DNA of 64,000 nucleotides from the human T2T-CHM13v2.0 reference genome, Homo sapiens. A program made the translations under genes and the position numbers. The notes beneath the pieces were generated by a model. The model ran no database searches, was not told the DNA's origin, and was given only the letters and a program-made list of their open reading frames with translations. Positions 11,411-23,908 of this stretch are shown piece by piece (within the stretch, counting starts at the first letter, position 1; each line of letters opens with the position of its first letter). The stretch lies in the NCBI RefSeq assembly GCF_009914755.1, contig NC_060934.1, one strand, 5' to 3'.

Positions 11411-14400
11411 TGTTACCTGTACATTCACTTTAGCTATGACCGGCAGTTTTCGATTTTGCTTGTATTTATTTTCATTTTTAAAAATTTCCAGACAATTCAA
11501 ATCCCGATCCTCTGAAAAGATTTCCTCAGTCAAATGAATGCATGAAGTACAAAGTGTAATTTTATAACAATGTTTCTGAGATGTTTTTCTTCCTAAATTT
11601 AATACTTGATTTCTTTTATTTCCTTTCAAATGAAAACTTAGTTATATTGTAAACTGACATGGAAGATTCTTTAAATTACATTATTCTTAAATGCAGGTAG
11701 TATAATACAACTATGTCATGTAATATATTGTGCAGCTATAGCTTTTCTGACACCTGTCCTTCTATTTTCAAAATTCATCAGAAAGGATTTGGTTTTAAAA
11801 AATCATAAGTTCCCATAAGCTTTCTGGCAAAAATAATGATTAAGAACTTAATAAGGAAACATGACATGAGACCTTTACCAGGTCAATGGTGTATATTTGA
11901 TTTGAACTTTATTTTCTGAAGCATGTATCAAGAAGACTTTTAGAGTATTTTTAATTCAAAAATTAATTAAAAATCATGTACTTTAAACATAATTTCTTAG
12001 GGCACTACAATACCTTAACAAATGTTAAATAACAAAAAATAACCATTCTCTCTATTTCCATTAGAAACTCACTCTCTCACTTCTTATGTAATCTACATCT
12101 TATACCAGTTACACCTTAAAGCTAATAGGAGAGAATTCTGTTCATAGCTATCACGTTATACTGTAAGTTCTTTCATACTTAAAGTTTCCTTCACTATTCA
12201 TGCTCCTGGACCAACTCATGATTTTTTAAGTATCGTAATGTGTTCCATCCCTCATTCAGTGTGTGCATGCAAAATAGTCATTTAACTTTTCTGTTTCTTT
12301 TATATGAGAATTTAACATTTACTTAACAAGAGTTTGAGGATTAAGTGATTTAAGTGTGTTTTGCATTCACTCCCTGGTATTAATTAGCATTCCATTATGT
12401 GTGTAAAATGAATAAATGTTTTCAGCATGTAGGATTACAATGATGTCAGTCATCCTATTGTTTTTGTCACTCTCCAAAACAAGTGTTATAAGAGTCATGG
12501 AAAAACAAGGAACTTTCCTTAATTCTTTAAGAGGACTTCTCATTGAACATCATCTTTTTATTTTCTTTATCTCCTCTTCTCTTTATCACTTCCTTTGTCT
12601 TCTTTTTGTTGACTGTCATTTAATTCAGCCAAAAGAGCCATTAAAAAATTAAAAATTTGTAAAGCCTCTAAGAATCCAAAATAGACAACTTTTAGTTCAT
12701 CAGGTTTCGGCTTCAAGATACTGAATGTATATAAAAGGATTTATGAATTAGAGCGACCTAAGCTCAGATGTTGTTTTGTCACTTAATAGCTTTTGACCTC
12801 AAGCAAGTTCATCCATTCTCTCAATCACTCACATATTAATTGAGAGCTTACTATGAATGAGGCATTGTTCTGAAAAATATAGCTGTTTACCTGACATATC
12901 CTATTCTCAATTTACATATGTTATTATCATTTTACTAATCTATTAAAATGGGACCATACAGAGTTCAGAATACAGGTTCCCTCTGAAATGACAGTGTTTC
13001 CTGGAATCACCCTGTGGAAGCTGAAATTAATGACAAATTCAATATAAAATTATAATTTACAGATACAATGTAGGAGTAATAACAAGCCCATTTTAAAAAC
13101 AGTCCTCTACTTGTTTTGCTTCCTTTTTAATGAAAAATTACTTAAATAGCAATAATTCAAAGTTTCACAGCAAGACTGTTATCTAGGTCCAGGTAAGCCT
13201 AATGTTACTGTTAAAAGTATCTTATAGTTGATTTCACAGTAGGAGAATTTCTCCCAATGGTGAATATCACTATCAAAATACTCTGAAAAACTTTGTGATA
13301 AAATCATAGTAATGATTGGTGGAGCTATAAAAAAGAATAAGAAAAGTCTAAGGAGAGAGGGAGGACACGTATTTTCTGTCATCTCATGCATATTAGAATA
13401 GGTACAAAAAAGAAACGCAATTGTCATGGAATTCTTGGTAACTCGCTGCAGGCAGTCCTTGCCTTCAGAAGCCAATTTATAAAATTCCCAGTTGATGCAG
13501 TGGTGATTATTCAAACCATAAAAGCATTAACCTAGGGTCTCTTTACATAGCCAGCTTCCCTAGTGCATTTCAAATAAAGTTTGACTTACACCTGACTTTT
13601 CAGAGCAAGGGTATAAAAAGAAATAAACCTCCAGTTAACAGTGTCTACAATTCAGTTTGGAAAAGAGATTCATGTTTTCACATACACTCAGGGAGAAGCT
13701 TATTATTGGTCAGCCACAGACACATTGACCTTGAAAGGGCTATCACAGAATTCCATTCATGTTCTGTCTGCTTATGATAGGGGAATTAAAAAAGACATAA
13801 TAGGTGTAACGGGGTAACACATGGCCTCATCTTTAGTGCTTTACACTTGATGGGTGGCCAAAGTTCTAGAGAGAAGCACCCCCTTCCCTTTTTTTGTGCA
13901 AGACTAGATGGGAGGTTCCCTGGTGGGTCAGTTATGAAACTTCTGATCTATTCAGAAGAGAAAATTTAAAAACCAAGCATATCAACTCAATTAGTATAAA
14001 AGAGCCAAGTGAGAATCATAGCAAACCAGCCTAATCTCATACATAGAAATATGTTCAAAGAAACTTAGTATCTAAAAACCGAATCTAGGGCAAAGAGCTC
14101 ATTTCATGTTTGTAATTTTAAAAGAATTCATCTGACATTATAATAACACTAGTAGTTTAAGAGACAAGATTGCCCTAGGACAGGGTAATCTTGTCCTGTA
14201 CAATGCCTTTGGCAGTACACATAGAATTACAGAAAAACATGTGAGATGAAAGTAGATAGGTGCACACCTGGGTATGCTGATTGCCAGGTTGAAGTTTATA
14301 CATATACAATGTGAAATATGGGATGGCCCAAAAACATTCTCAAATTTTCATGGTCAAGGAGAGGTATTTTGAGTTCCACAGAGGATACAGTTTTCTCTGG

Positions 14401-14994
14401 TGACTACCACTAGATTATCATTTAAATGACCACTTCAGAGAAGCAATGGTTCAAGTCATTAATAACCATTTAGCATAATTCCTTACATCAATTTTGATTC
14501 ACTTGAATTGATTTACTTCAATTTACTTTCCTTTAGAAAGCAGTTTTATTCAAAAATTGAGAAAAATATCCACATGCCTTGACATGTTGGATATTTCCAG
14601 TAGAAAATTATTTGTTGAAACATTCAGAAGATAAAAATCTATTCTGGAATGAATCACTAAGAGTAGCTTGCAAGCATTTTGTCCTAGATCTTATAGGGAT
14701 CATAATGTAATACAAGATGTGGGAACCCATAATGAAACTAGGGGATAAATTAAATTGAAAGAAGTAAACAATAATCCAGCCCATACTCCCTAAATCATCA
14801 GCAGCTCATCTTAGAAATGTTTTGCAGACTAGATGTGGAATGGGTCATCGGAGGGAAAACAGATCAATCTTCCCCTGTGATTTGGAGCCATTACATAGGT
14901 ATTACTGGTAGAGTTATTAATATTTTTGAGTCTTAAGAAATATGGTAGAAAAATGTCTACCCCAGATTGGAGAAAATCCTTGAATACAAATGTT

Positions 14995-15350
14995 GTATCA
15001 TGTAGAGTAAATAATGCTAACTGCTATAACATACATACAAACACACACACAAAAGCTGATTCCAATGAATTAGCAAAATAGTTTTGTCACTCATACCCCT
15101 TAGGTAAATTCTGATACAAGCAAGTTTTCCTCCTCTATCTTGTAGTTATGCCATTTACAACATGCAGCCTCCAAGTACATCATATAGGGAAAGAGAGAAA
15201 AGGAGGAGACACAACAGCTCACAACTTTCTTAACCTGGAAGTAACACGTCACTTTGTTCCTAGACCATTGGCCAAAACTAGCCATTCGACCCCATAGGTA
15301 GCGGGGGATAAATGTCATGGAAGTATATGAGTACCTGGGAAGCAAATGTT
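14995..15350. mobile_element. Old MLT1 (J/K-like) MaLR LTR
   Basis: Motifs ataatgctaactgctataac and ggaagtaacacgtcacttt...ccattggccaaaactagcca. Confidence 0.55.
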
Positions 15351-15671
15351 CTCACCACAAGATGGGATTAAAAATAAACTAGTTTCTTGTTCTGTGAGAA
15401 GTAACAGGACATGAACAGGAAAAGCAAGTTTGAGTCAAATTGTGTAGATCTTTAATAACAAGCCAAGGATTTATCTTGTAAGTAACTAAAAGTAATTAAA
15501 GATTATGATAGTCCAGAAGGAATAATAAATGAAGAGAGTATGACTAGGGGAAAGTCTCATGTCAGGCTACAAAAAATGGGGAAAAAAATTCAGTGATACA
15601 AATAATTTCCTCTACTTTGTTTCTTTAAGACTGGGTTTATATGTTTACTTTATTCCCTCTAGCCTTTCACA

Positions 15672-15677
<6 letters not shown>

Positions 15678-15710
<33 letters not shown>
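15678..15710. repeat. (GT)n microsatellite
   Basis: Direct reading. Confidence 0.95.
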
Positions 15711-15711
<1 letters not shown>

Positions 15712-15979
15712 TGTAGTATCAATAAATATATATTGAGAGCATAATACATGCCAGGCAGTGTTAGCTACTTGGGATGCACAAGTGAGTAAAAGAGACAAAA
15801 AATACTGTCCTGTGGCAGTGGGAAATTTTCTGATTTTTTTCTATCCCTAACCAATGAAATGACCAAGATATTATACTCCTATAAGCATGCTTCTGTAAGG
15901 AGCAATTTACCTGAAGTTTCTCTAATTCGCATTAAATAACCTTCTCCGTAGAGACAGTGCATATATTTTGGGGTTTGGT

Positions 15980-16465
15980 GTTTTTTGTTTGTTTTTTACT
16001 TTTATTTTAGGTTCAGGGGTACACGTGCAGGTTTGTTACATGGGTAAATTGCATGTTGCTGAGGTTTGATGTGCAAATAATCCCTACGCCCAGGTAATAA
16101 ACATAATACATAATAGTTTTTCAACACTTGCCCCTCCTACTCTCACCCACCTTCCACCTTCCCCACTCTAGTAGTCCCCAGGGCCTATTGTTCCCATCCT
16201 TGTGGCTATGTGTATTCAATGTTTAGCTCCCACTAATAAGTGAAAACATGCATTATTATTTTCTGTTCCTGTATTAGTTTGCTTAGGATAATGGCCTCCA
16301 GTTGCATCCATTTTGCTGCAAAGGACATTATTTTATTCCTTTTTATGGCTGCATAGTATTCTATGATGTGTATGTACCACATTTTCTTTATCCAGTCCAC
16401 TGTTGATGGGCATCTAGGTTGATTTCATGTCTTTGCTATTGTAAATAGTGTTGCAATGAATACAA
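15980..16465 (-). mobile_element. 5'-truncated L1 3' end (L1PA/L1PB-age)
   Basis: ggggtacacgtgcaggtttgttacatgggtaaattgc...ctcccactaataagtgaaaacatg is an antisense L1 3' UTR. Confidence 0.9.
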
Positions 16466-17148
16466 AACATACAAGTATTTTTGAAACAAATATTATTTGA
16501 AACAAAAATTATTGAGCAAAAACTAACAATAAGTTGAAACAAAGATTATTGAAGAAAGGTTCTTTCAAACAAATACTACTGAGCTGGTGAAAAAAAATAG
16601 ACTACTTTTCCCCTAAAATCTTGATCTAAAATATTAAGATTAGAAAAAATCCATCTGATAAAGACCATAGAAACAAAGCTGTTTCTCAAAATTAGGTTAA
16701 TTTTCTTGCTGCAACAAGGGAGGGCACTTCAAGGCAACTGTGTAATGTCTCTCATCAAACAAAAGAAGAAACAGCTACTTTAAAATTTGGGGGAAGGGTG
16801 GAGTTTAAGTAAAATTTAAATGACACAAAGTTTTGATAGGCTCAAAGAAAGGACTTGTTATAAATAGGTTTATATAATGTCTGGACTGCAAAGTGGAATG
16901 ATGTTTCTGAAAATTACAAAGACAAAATACATTTGGAAAATTCTGTTCATAACCCTTTATCTAAATCTCTGAACATGGGTTAACAATTCAGGTTGTTTCG
17001 ATGTGACTCAAATCCCCTATGCAAAGTCGGCTATTCCTTTCTTACTGACATGGTTTTTAAATAGCAAAGTTTCTGACAGTCTATGATTTTATATAACAAA
17101 ATAATCTATCAGCACTATGTTCTTTAGTTAATCAGTTTTGTAGGTTAA

Positions 17149-17745
<597 letters not shown>

Positions 17746-17923
17746 ACAGATTTTTTATCTTTTGTCCATCTGACTGACATATTTCTGTATGTATATACAT
17801 ATTCTGTATGTATATAAAAGATGAAATGAATAATTTGCCAATGTTGCTATAAGCAAGGATTCAACCAGAAAAAAAACAGCTTCAAACTGGTCTGTCGGCC
17901 CAGTCATAGTGATACTGAAGATA

Positions 17924-18002
17924 TTAGGCTGATGCAAAAGTAATTGCGGTTTTTGTCATTGAAGGTAATGCAAAAACCATGATTACTTTTGCACCAACCT
18001 AG
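17924..18002. mobile_element. MADE1 (Hsmar1/mariner MITE)
   Basis: ~80-bp palindrome ttaggctgatgcaaaagtaattgcggttttt...aaaaaccatgattacttttgcaccaacct flanked by TA dinucleotides. Confidence 0.92.
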
Positions 18003-18359
18003 TACATAGGAACTTTCCAGCCTGAGCATTGAGGGAAAGGGAGTTGTTTCTCATCCTTCTTCTAATTAGAAGGACATTCCCATTTGCTTTGATTTATCTA
18101 ATTACTAATCATCCTTCGAGTTTCCTATATAGTCCTATCTCCTCTGCTGATCCTTCCCAGATTACCAAAGGCCACACTGATTTCTCTTGTCTGTGAGTTG
18201 CTTTTGTAGTTGGAATCAATATCAACCAGCCTAAACTCATTGTTCTCTATTGGCTCATTACAAATGTTCTAAGGAAAGCAGGTTTACTGGTGTATTTCCT
18301 TGTGAATATGATATTGTATGAGTCATGAGCAATACATAAAGTAGACAGCTATAATTCGT

Positions 18360-18599
18360 TGTCAGGTTCCAGCCCAAGCTGAGGTCTGAGGGGAGTCAGT
18401 GGACAGGAGGCAAGTAGTTGAAACACTTGTTGGGGCTGGTGTAGGCAGGGCGTACATTATTATGCACCTCTCTCTCTCTGTCAGCCTTTGTCTCAGCCGC
18501 CTGCTCTGGCTGCAGCCCCTCTCAGCAGCCACCTCCGTGGTTGCTGCCACCCCAACACCTGCTGCTGTACTTTCCAATATGCTCACCACTTCTTGGCTC
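18360..18599 (-). mobile_element. Inverted LTR18 3' portion (through U5 end)
   Basis: Reverse complement aligns by eye with 20977-21213. Confidence 0.85.
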
Positions 18600-18667
18600 G
18601 GATGGCCCGGAGAACCATTGAGGGGCCCTAGGCAGGTGAAACATGGCTTTGCTATGTGCCTCTCTCC

Positions 18668-18860
18668 CCATCTGACTCTGCTGGCAAAGGCACGCTCCTT
18701 CTTGGTGCTGTGCACTTCCAGGTGCTTCAGCACCTTCTCCATGCTCATGGTGGACCCATCCACTCCTGCTCATGTCTCCACCAGAGCCCATCTGAGCAGC
18801 AGAGCTGCCACATGTTACCACAACCCATGTTGCGGCCACATGGCCGACCTGAAATCATTG
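18668..18860 (-). pseudogene. gag: ERVL-type gag N-terminal remnant
   Basis: Minus-strand translation VAALLLRWALVET...DGSTMSMEKVLKHLEVHSTKKERAFASRVRW just downstream of the PBS. Confidence 0.65.
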
Positions 18861-18886
18861 GGGTCCGAAGGCTCACTCACCTCGGG

Positions 18887-18904
18887 ATCCTGCCGACTAT
18901 GCCA
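18887..18904 (-). promoter_or_regulatory. Primer-binding site, tRNA-Ser
   Basis: Minus strand TGGCATAGTCGGCAGGAT; one mismatch to the complement of the tRNA-Ser 3' end (TGGCGTAGTCGGCAGGAT). Confidence 0.85.
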
Positions 18905-18906
18905 AT

Positions 18907-20400
18907 CTTTGCACCTTGGCATTGGCCACTTGGGTCCCTGCTTATGCACTGTGTGTCTCTCCCATACCTGAATACATTCTGGGGAGAGGATGTTTCACAC
19001 AGCTTGGCAGCTGTCCTGTCTATCATGAATTTGATGGACCACTTGACAACAAAATTGGGACAGTACCACTATGTGGTGAACTTAGCTAACATGTTCTCTT
19101 CCAGAGAGCCAGGAACAGTTTGCTTTCATGGGAAGGGTGACAGTGAACTTTCACAGTGTTGCTGCAGGGCTATGTGCATAGCCCCACCATATGTAATGGC
19201 CTCGTTGTCATGGATTTAGCCACCTGGAGATGTCCAAAGGGAGTCTGCCTATTTCATCATGTTGATGATATTATGTTAACCTCTGATTCTCTTGTAGATT
19301 AGAAGCAGTGGCACCCCTCTTGCAATAACATTTGATAGCATGTGGTTGGGCCATCAATGAATCCAGGGTCCAAGGTCCTGAATTGTCTGCCAAATTCCTA
19401 AGAGTCGTATCCCCAGTCCACCATAGTGAGGCAGCTGTAGACCTCTGTCAGCCTCCCAGGATATTGGCGGGCATTTGTGCCCCATTTGGCTCAGATGATA
19501 AAACCATTGTACTGGTTGACAAAAAAAAAAAAAAAAAAAAAAGCAGGCTACCTGAGATTGGGATAATGAGGCTGAGACAGCTTTTCTGGCAGCTAAGTGG
19601 GCTATTCAGCAAGCACAGACCCTATAAGTGATTAAGCTGGGGCACCCATTTGAACTTAACATGCATGTAACCACAGATGGTCTATGGCAGTACATGGAGC
19701 ACTTTAGAATGCCAGTAGGCTTTTGGGCCCAACTTTGAAAGGGAGCTGAGCTCTGGTATTCACTGATAGAGAAGCAGTTAGCAGCTGCATATTCCACCCT
19801 TCAGGCTCATAAGAGGGTAACGGGATGGGCTACAGTCATCATGCAGACAACTTACCCAATAGCAGGATGGGTATGTTCACGAGTAATGACCCCCTAGACT
19901 GGGACAGCACAGACATCCACTTCATCAAAGTGGAGTGCCTACTTAGAACAGCAAATTATGCTGTTTACAAGCCCCTTAGCAGCAGAATTACAAGAAGTCT
20001 TGGGACCTGTAGTCCTAATGCAAGATAAGGCCATGGGGCCTGAAGCACCCCTAGACCTGAGCCATCACCATTTAAAAAGGGGCAACTCCCAATTCCTGAT
20101 GAGTCATGGTATATGGATGGGTCTAGCTGGGGTGCTACTGCTGCCTGGACTGCTGTCATCGTCCAGCCTAGTACTGACACCATATGGTTTGATACTGGGT
20201 GTGGACAAAGTAGTCAATGGGTTGAACCCAGAGCAGTATAAATGGTGATCACCAAGGAAGTGACACCTATAGTAATCTGCACTGATAGCTGGGCAGTTTA
20301 TCAAGGCTTAACTTCGTAGTTAACTACCTAGAAGCTGCAGAATTGTCTAGTTGGTCACTGGCCCATGTGGAGCCAAGCTATGTGGTAAGACCTATGAGAA
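18907..20400 (+). pseudogene. pol: ERVL pro/pol remnant (RT, RNase H; integrase largely deleted)
   Basis: Motifs YHYVVNLAN (RT motif A region), TFTVLLQGYVHSP, HVDDIML, YMDGSS, TDSWAVYQG; many stops and frameshifts. Confidence 0.85.
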
Positions 20401-20541
20401 GAAGGATGACCTCCTCCAACCAGGCAAGGGGACTAACAGTAACCTGTTGTCGCCTGCCCCCTAGCTGACCCATAGCATCCATGATGGATGGGTCTAGTTA
20501 GTAAGAGAGCACATAGTACCCCCACCACATGCACCACGATA

Positions 20542-20705
20542 TCAAGCCTGTGTATCAGACCTGTGTGCCCAGAGCCTATGTGTCAGCCTGGGTATTGGGC
20601 CCGAGAGCCCAGAACCTATGTGTCAAGCCTGTGTGTTGGACCTGTGTGCCCAAAACCTATGTATCAGGACTATATGTCAGACCTGTATGTCCAAGGCCTA
20701 TGTCT
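20542..20705 (+). repeat. 13-15-bp degenerate tandem array in the HERV-S 3' region
   Basis: About 12 units such as tcaagcctgtgtg / tcagacctgtgtg / cccagagcctatgtg. Confidence 0.85.
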
Positions 20706-20726
20706 CCCTGAGCCTAGGGCATGGAG

Positions 20727-21213
20727 TGTAAGGAAAATGGATGTGCTTCAGTAAAGAATAGGCCAAGGTAAACATCCAGTGTAGCATAACACAGCAAGTC
20801 TGGACTGCAGGCACACAATTCTGTGCATAATGTAACCTGTTTGTGTAAGCTCATACCTAGCTCTGAGCCACTATTGTCTGTGAGTAATATAACTTCATTG
20901 GTGACTCTGTAAAGGGGAGCCAGCCATCTTGCAGGCAGACAGAGAGAAAGCCAGCCAACTTGCAGGGGGATGGGGGGAGCCAGAAAGCAGCAAGCGTGCC
21001 AGGGCATGCAGCTGCAGGTGTGGGGTGGCAGGAGCCACAGAGCCAGCTGCTGAGAGGGGCTGTGGCCACAGCAGGCAGCCAATACAAAAGCTAACAGAGA
21101 GAGGCTCATAATAATGCCATGTTTCACCTGCCTACAGCCCCGAGTGTTCTTTCAACTATCTGCCACCCATCCACCTATTCCCAGCCAACCTCAGCTTGGT
21201 CTTGAACCTGACA
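20727..21213 (+). mobile_element. LTR18 3' LTR
   Basis: TG...CA ends, preceded by agggcatggag (degenerate PPT); start tgtaaggaaaatggatgtgctt. Confidence 0.85.
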
Positions 21214-21396
21214 TTGGTGTTCAGCTTTATATCCCAAGAAATTAGCTGAGGGTATTTCACTAAAAGTCTGTTGAATGGACTGATAGGCAGATAGATGTAA
21301 TTCATTACATTGTTTGTGATAAATGACTTTGTGCCCCTTTTATCAGGTTATATTTTTTAAAGTGGCAATAAATTGTAGTTTACGTATTTGCAATCA

Positions 21397-21740
<344 letters not shown>

Positions 21741-23699
21741 AATCTGGATTCCTGACATTTGAGGGGAAACCTAAATTCCATTCTTTACTCAAGAAGCATA
21801 ATGAATGGTTTCCTTGAAAAAAAAAATGTAGCTAATGGGCATATTTGAGAAGGAGAAATACATATATTGGAATAACAAAGCAAAATAGCAAAATTGGAAT
21901 AACTCAAGCCTTAGAAAATTGTAGGAAGATTTTTTACTTCTTACAAAAGATTAACCAATTTAGCCTAATTTCTTTAGGTTGACATAGTGAAATATAAGTT
22001 AGGAGATCAACTGAAGAAGGAGGAGTGGTGGGGTAAAGGACAATAATGACATGGTGGTGGTGTTTATAGTTGGGACAGTAAATGCAAAAGAAAGTTAATA
22101 GGCATAATAAACAGCTTTCTGGTGCTGAACCTTAGATTTGGCTATTAAAACTTAGCTTTCAGATGACAAGTTAATCATGATAATTAATAGTAAGAACAAT
22201 CATTTTTAATGGCGGGATCTATTTTTTCAGTTTTGGATGTCATGGGTCTATAATATGTAAGGGCTGACTGACGGAAATAATAGTTCTACCTAATTCTCTT
22301 GATTGCCATTTTGCCTTGAGATTAACATGAGCCTCATAGACTTGCTGAAAAGACATTGCTCAAAAGAGGTTGTGTTTCACCCTTGGGAAAACACATTCAG
22401 AGTTAATACCCTGAATGACCTGAAGAAAAAAGAACCTACCAGTGTCCTTAAGTCTGGGTCAATAGAAACCAAAATAAGCGAATTCCTATCAGACTCGTCA
22501 ACTCCATAAATGATACACGTTGTATGACTTGAGGTCAAAGATGGATAATATCCTCAATGCAGAATAACATCCTGACCCTTTCCTTCCTTTCCACCATCTC
22601 CTCTTGCTGCTCTCCCCTTTCCTTCTCTACTTTTAGTCCCTAGTGGTTTAACAGTTATTTATTCCATGAGGCTGAGCCATAATGTGGTTCTTTTCCTTTG
22701 AATCCAAGGATACCCACAAATTAAAAAGTTAATAACTTCCAAGGATTCCAGAGGCACTGCTTTAAAACTCTGCTATCGTTCCTATCTCATTTTTTAAATT
22801 AGTTGCATGTGTCCTTCCTTCTAGTCTTCTTAAGAGCAAGTGTTTGTATGTCTCACTCACTTGGATATCATTCATGATACCTTTCAAAGTACCCTATATG
22901 GAGTAAGAGCTGAATAGATGCCTACTGGGTTTAATTAAATAATGCCAGAAAATTATAGAATTTCCAAAGTCAGCAGATAACTCTTTTTTCCTACTTTCCC
23001 ATCAAATATTCACATGGCTTAGAGGTCACCTGAAAACACCAAATTGCATCCCTGAAACTCTCTAATCCAAGGAACTGACTTCTAGTCATTCATTTTCTAG
23101 GACCTCTTTTTCTGCAACCAATGTGTCTGAAATCTATCATGCTCCTATTAAAATGTAAAGTCTCAAGGGAAAAGATATTGAAACTAAAGAAAGAGACTCT
23201 TTTTATACTGTGGACAGAGGAGACCATGAGGGAGCCCAATCTCAAGGCCTGCAGCTTTTGGGAGGGCAGCTGAAGGGAGACAGAGATCACATCAGAAGCC
23301 AGAGCATTCTCATCTAATGTGGGGCTGGAAAACAGAGCCAGATGTCCTGAACAATGAAAAGAGATGAAAATCAGAAACCAACAAGGAGTCCCAACTGAAA
23401 ACCTATAGCAAATTCCCTGAAGGTTCCCAGCCAGAGAGGATGAAGCAAAATCCCCTGGGGAGTTTCTTCAAATCAAATTATAAGTCCCTCCAAACACCTA
23501 ACGGCATTATCAGGGGAGGAAAATCTACGGAGTATATTTTGAAAAAGTTCTCTTAAAGTTTGAAAGCAAGAATGACCACATTTTCTCTACCCCATTCTGT
23601 ATCTACACAATTTTCCCAGGTAAGGATTACTAGAATAGACAAGAAGAATAACACGAATATGAGACAATGTATCATAGTGAGTAAGTACTAATTTCTAGT

Positions 23700-23908
23700 C
23701 AGGGGTGTCCAATTTTTTTGCTTCCTTGGGCCACAGCAGAAGAATTGTCTTGGGCCACACATAAAATACACTCACACTAACGGTAACTGATGTGAAAAAA
23801 AAAAGACAAAAAAAGAATCTCATAACGTTTTGAGAAAATTTACAAATTTTTGTTGGGCCACATTCAAAGCCATCCTGCGACCCATGGGCTGTGGGTTTGA
23901 CAAGCTTG
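23700..23908 (+). mobile_element. MER30 (hAT-Charlie MITE) nested in a MIR
   Basis: caggggtgtccaat...gggccacacataaaatacact...gacaagcttg; MIR-like sequence on both sides (about 23660-24130). Confidence 0.85.

Larger units (their letters stand above)
18360..21213. mobile_element. Rearranged, deleted HERV-S/HERVL18 provirus (LTR18)
   Basis: Plus-strand LTR 20727-21213 (TGTAAGG...CTGACA) after a purine-rich tract; plus-strand pol remnants; minus-strand tRNA-Ser PBS and gag start; inverted LTR segment at the left end; candidate TSD TTCGT/TTGGT. Confidence 0.85.

Noticed and set aside
16660-17100. Possible old ERV1 LTR fragment
   Set aside because: I could not identify the ends, a TSD or a family with confidence.
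18399-19219. 190-aa and 187-aa ORFs
   Set aside because: They are chance frames across inverted LTR/gag and pol fragments; only short parts are real pol frame.
20542-20705. Repeat array superficially like CRISPR
   Set aside because: Units are 13-15 bp with no unique spacers and lie inside an ERV in eukaryotic DNA.
21214-21220. TTGGTGT after the LTR18 resembling the start of a Ser PBS
   Set aside because: The match stops after ~6 nt and this LTR is preceded by a PPT; a TSD is the simpler reading, though not proven.
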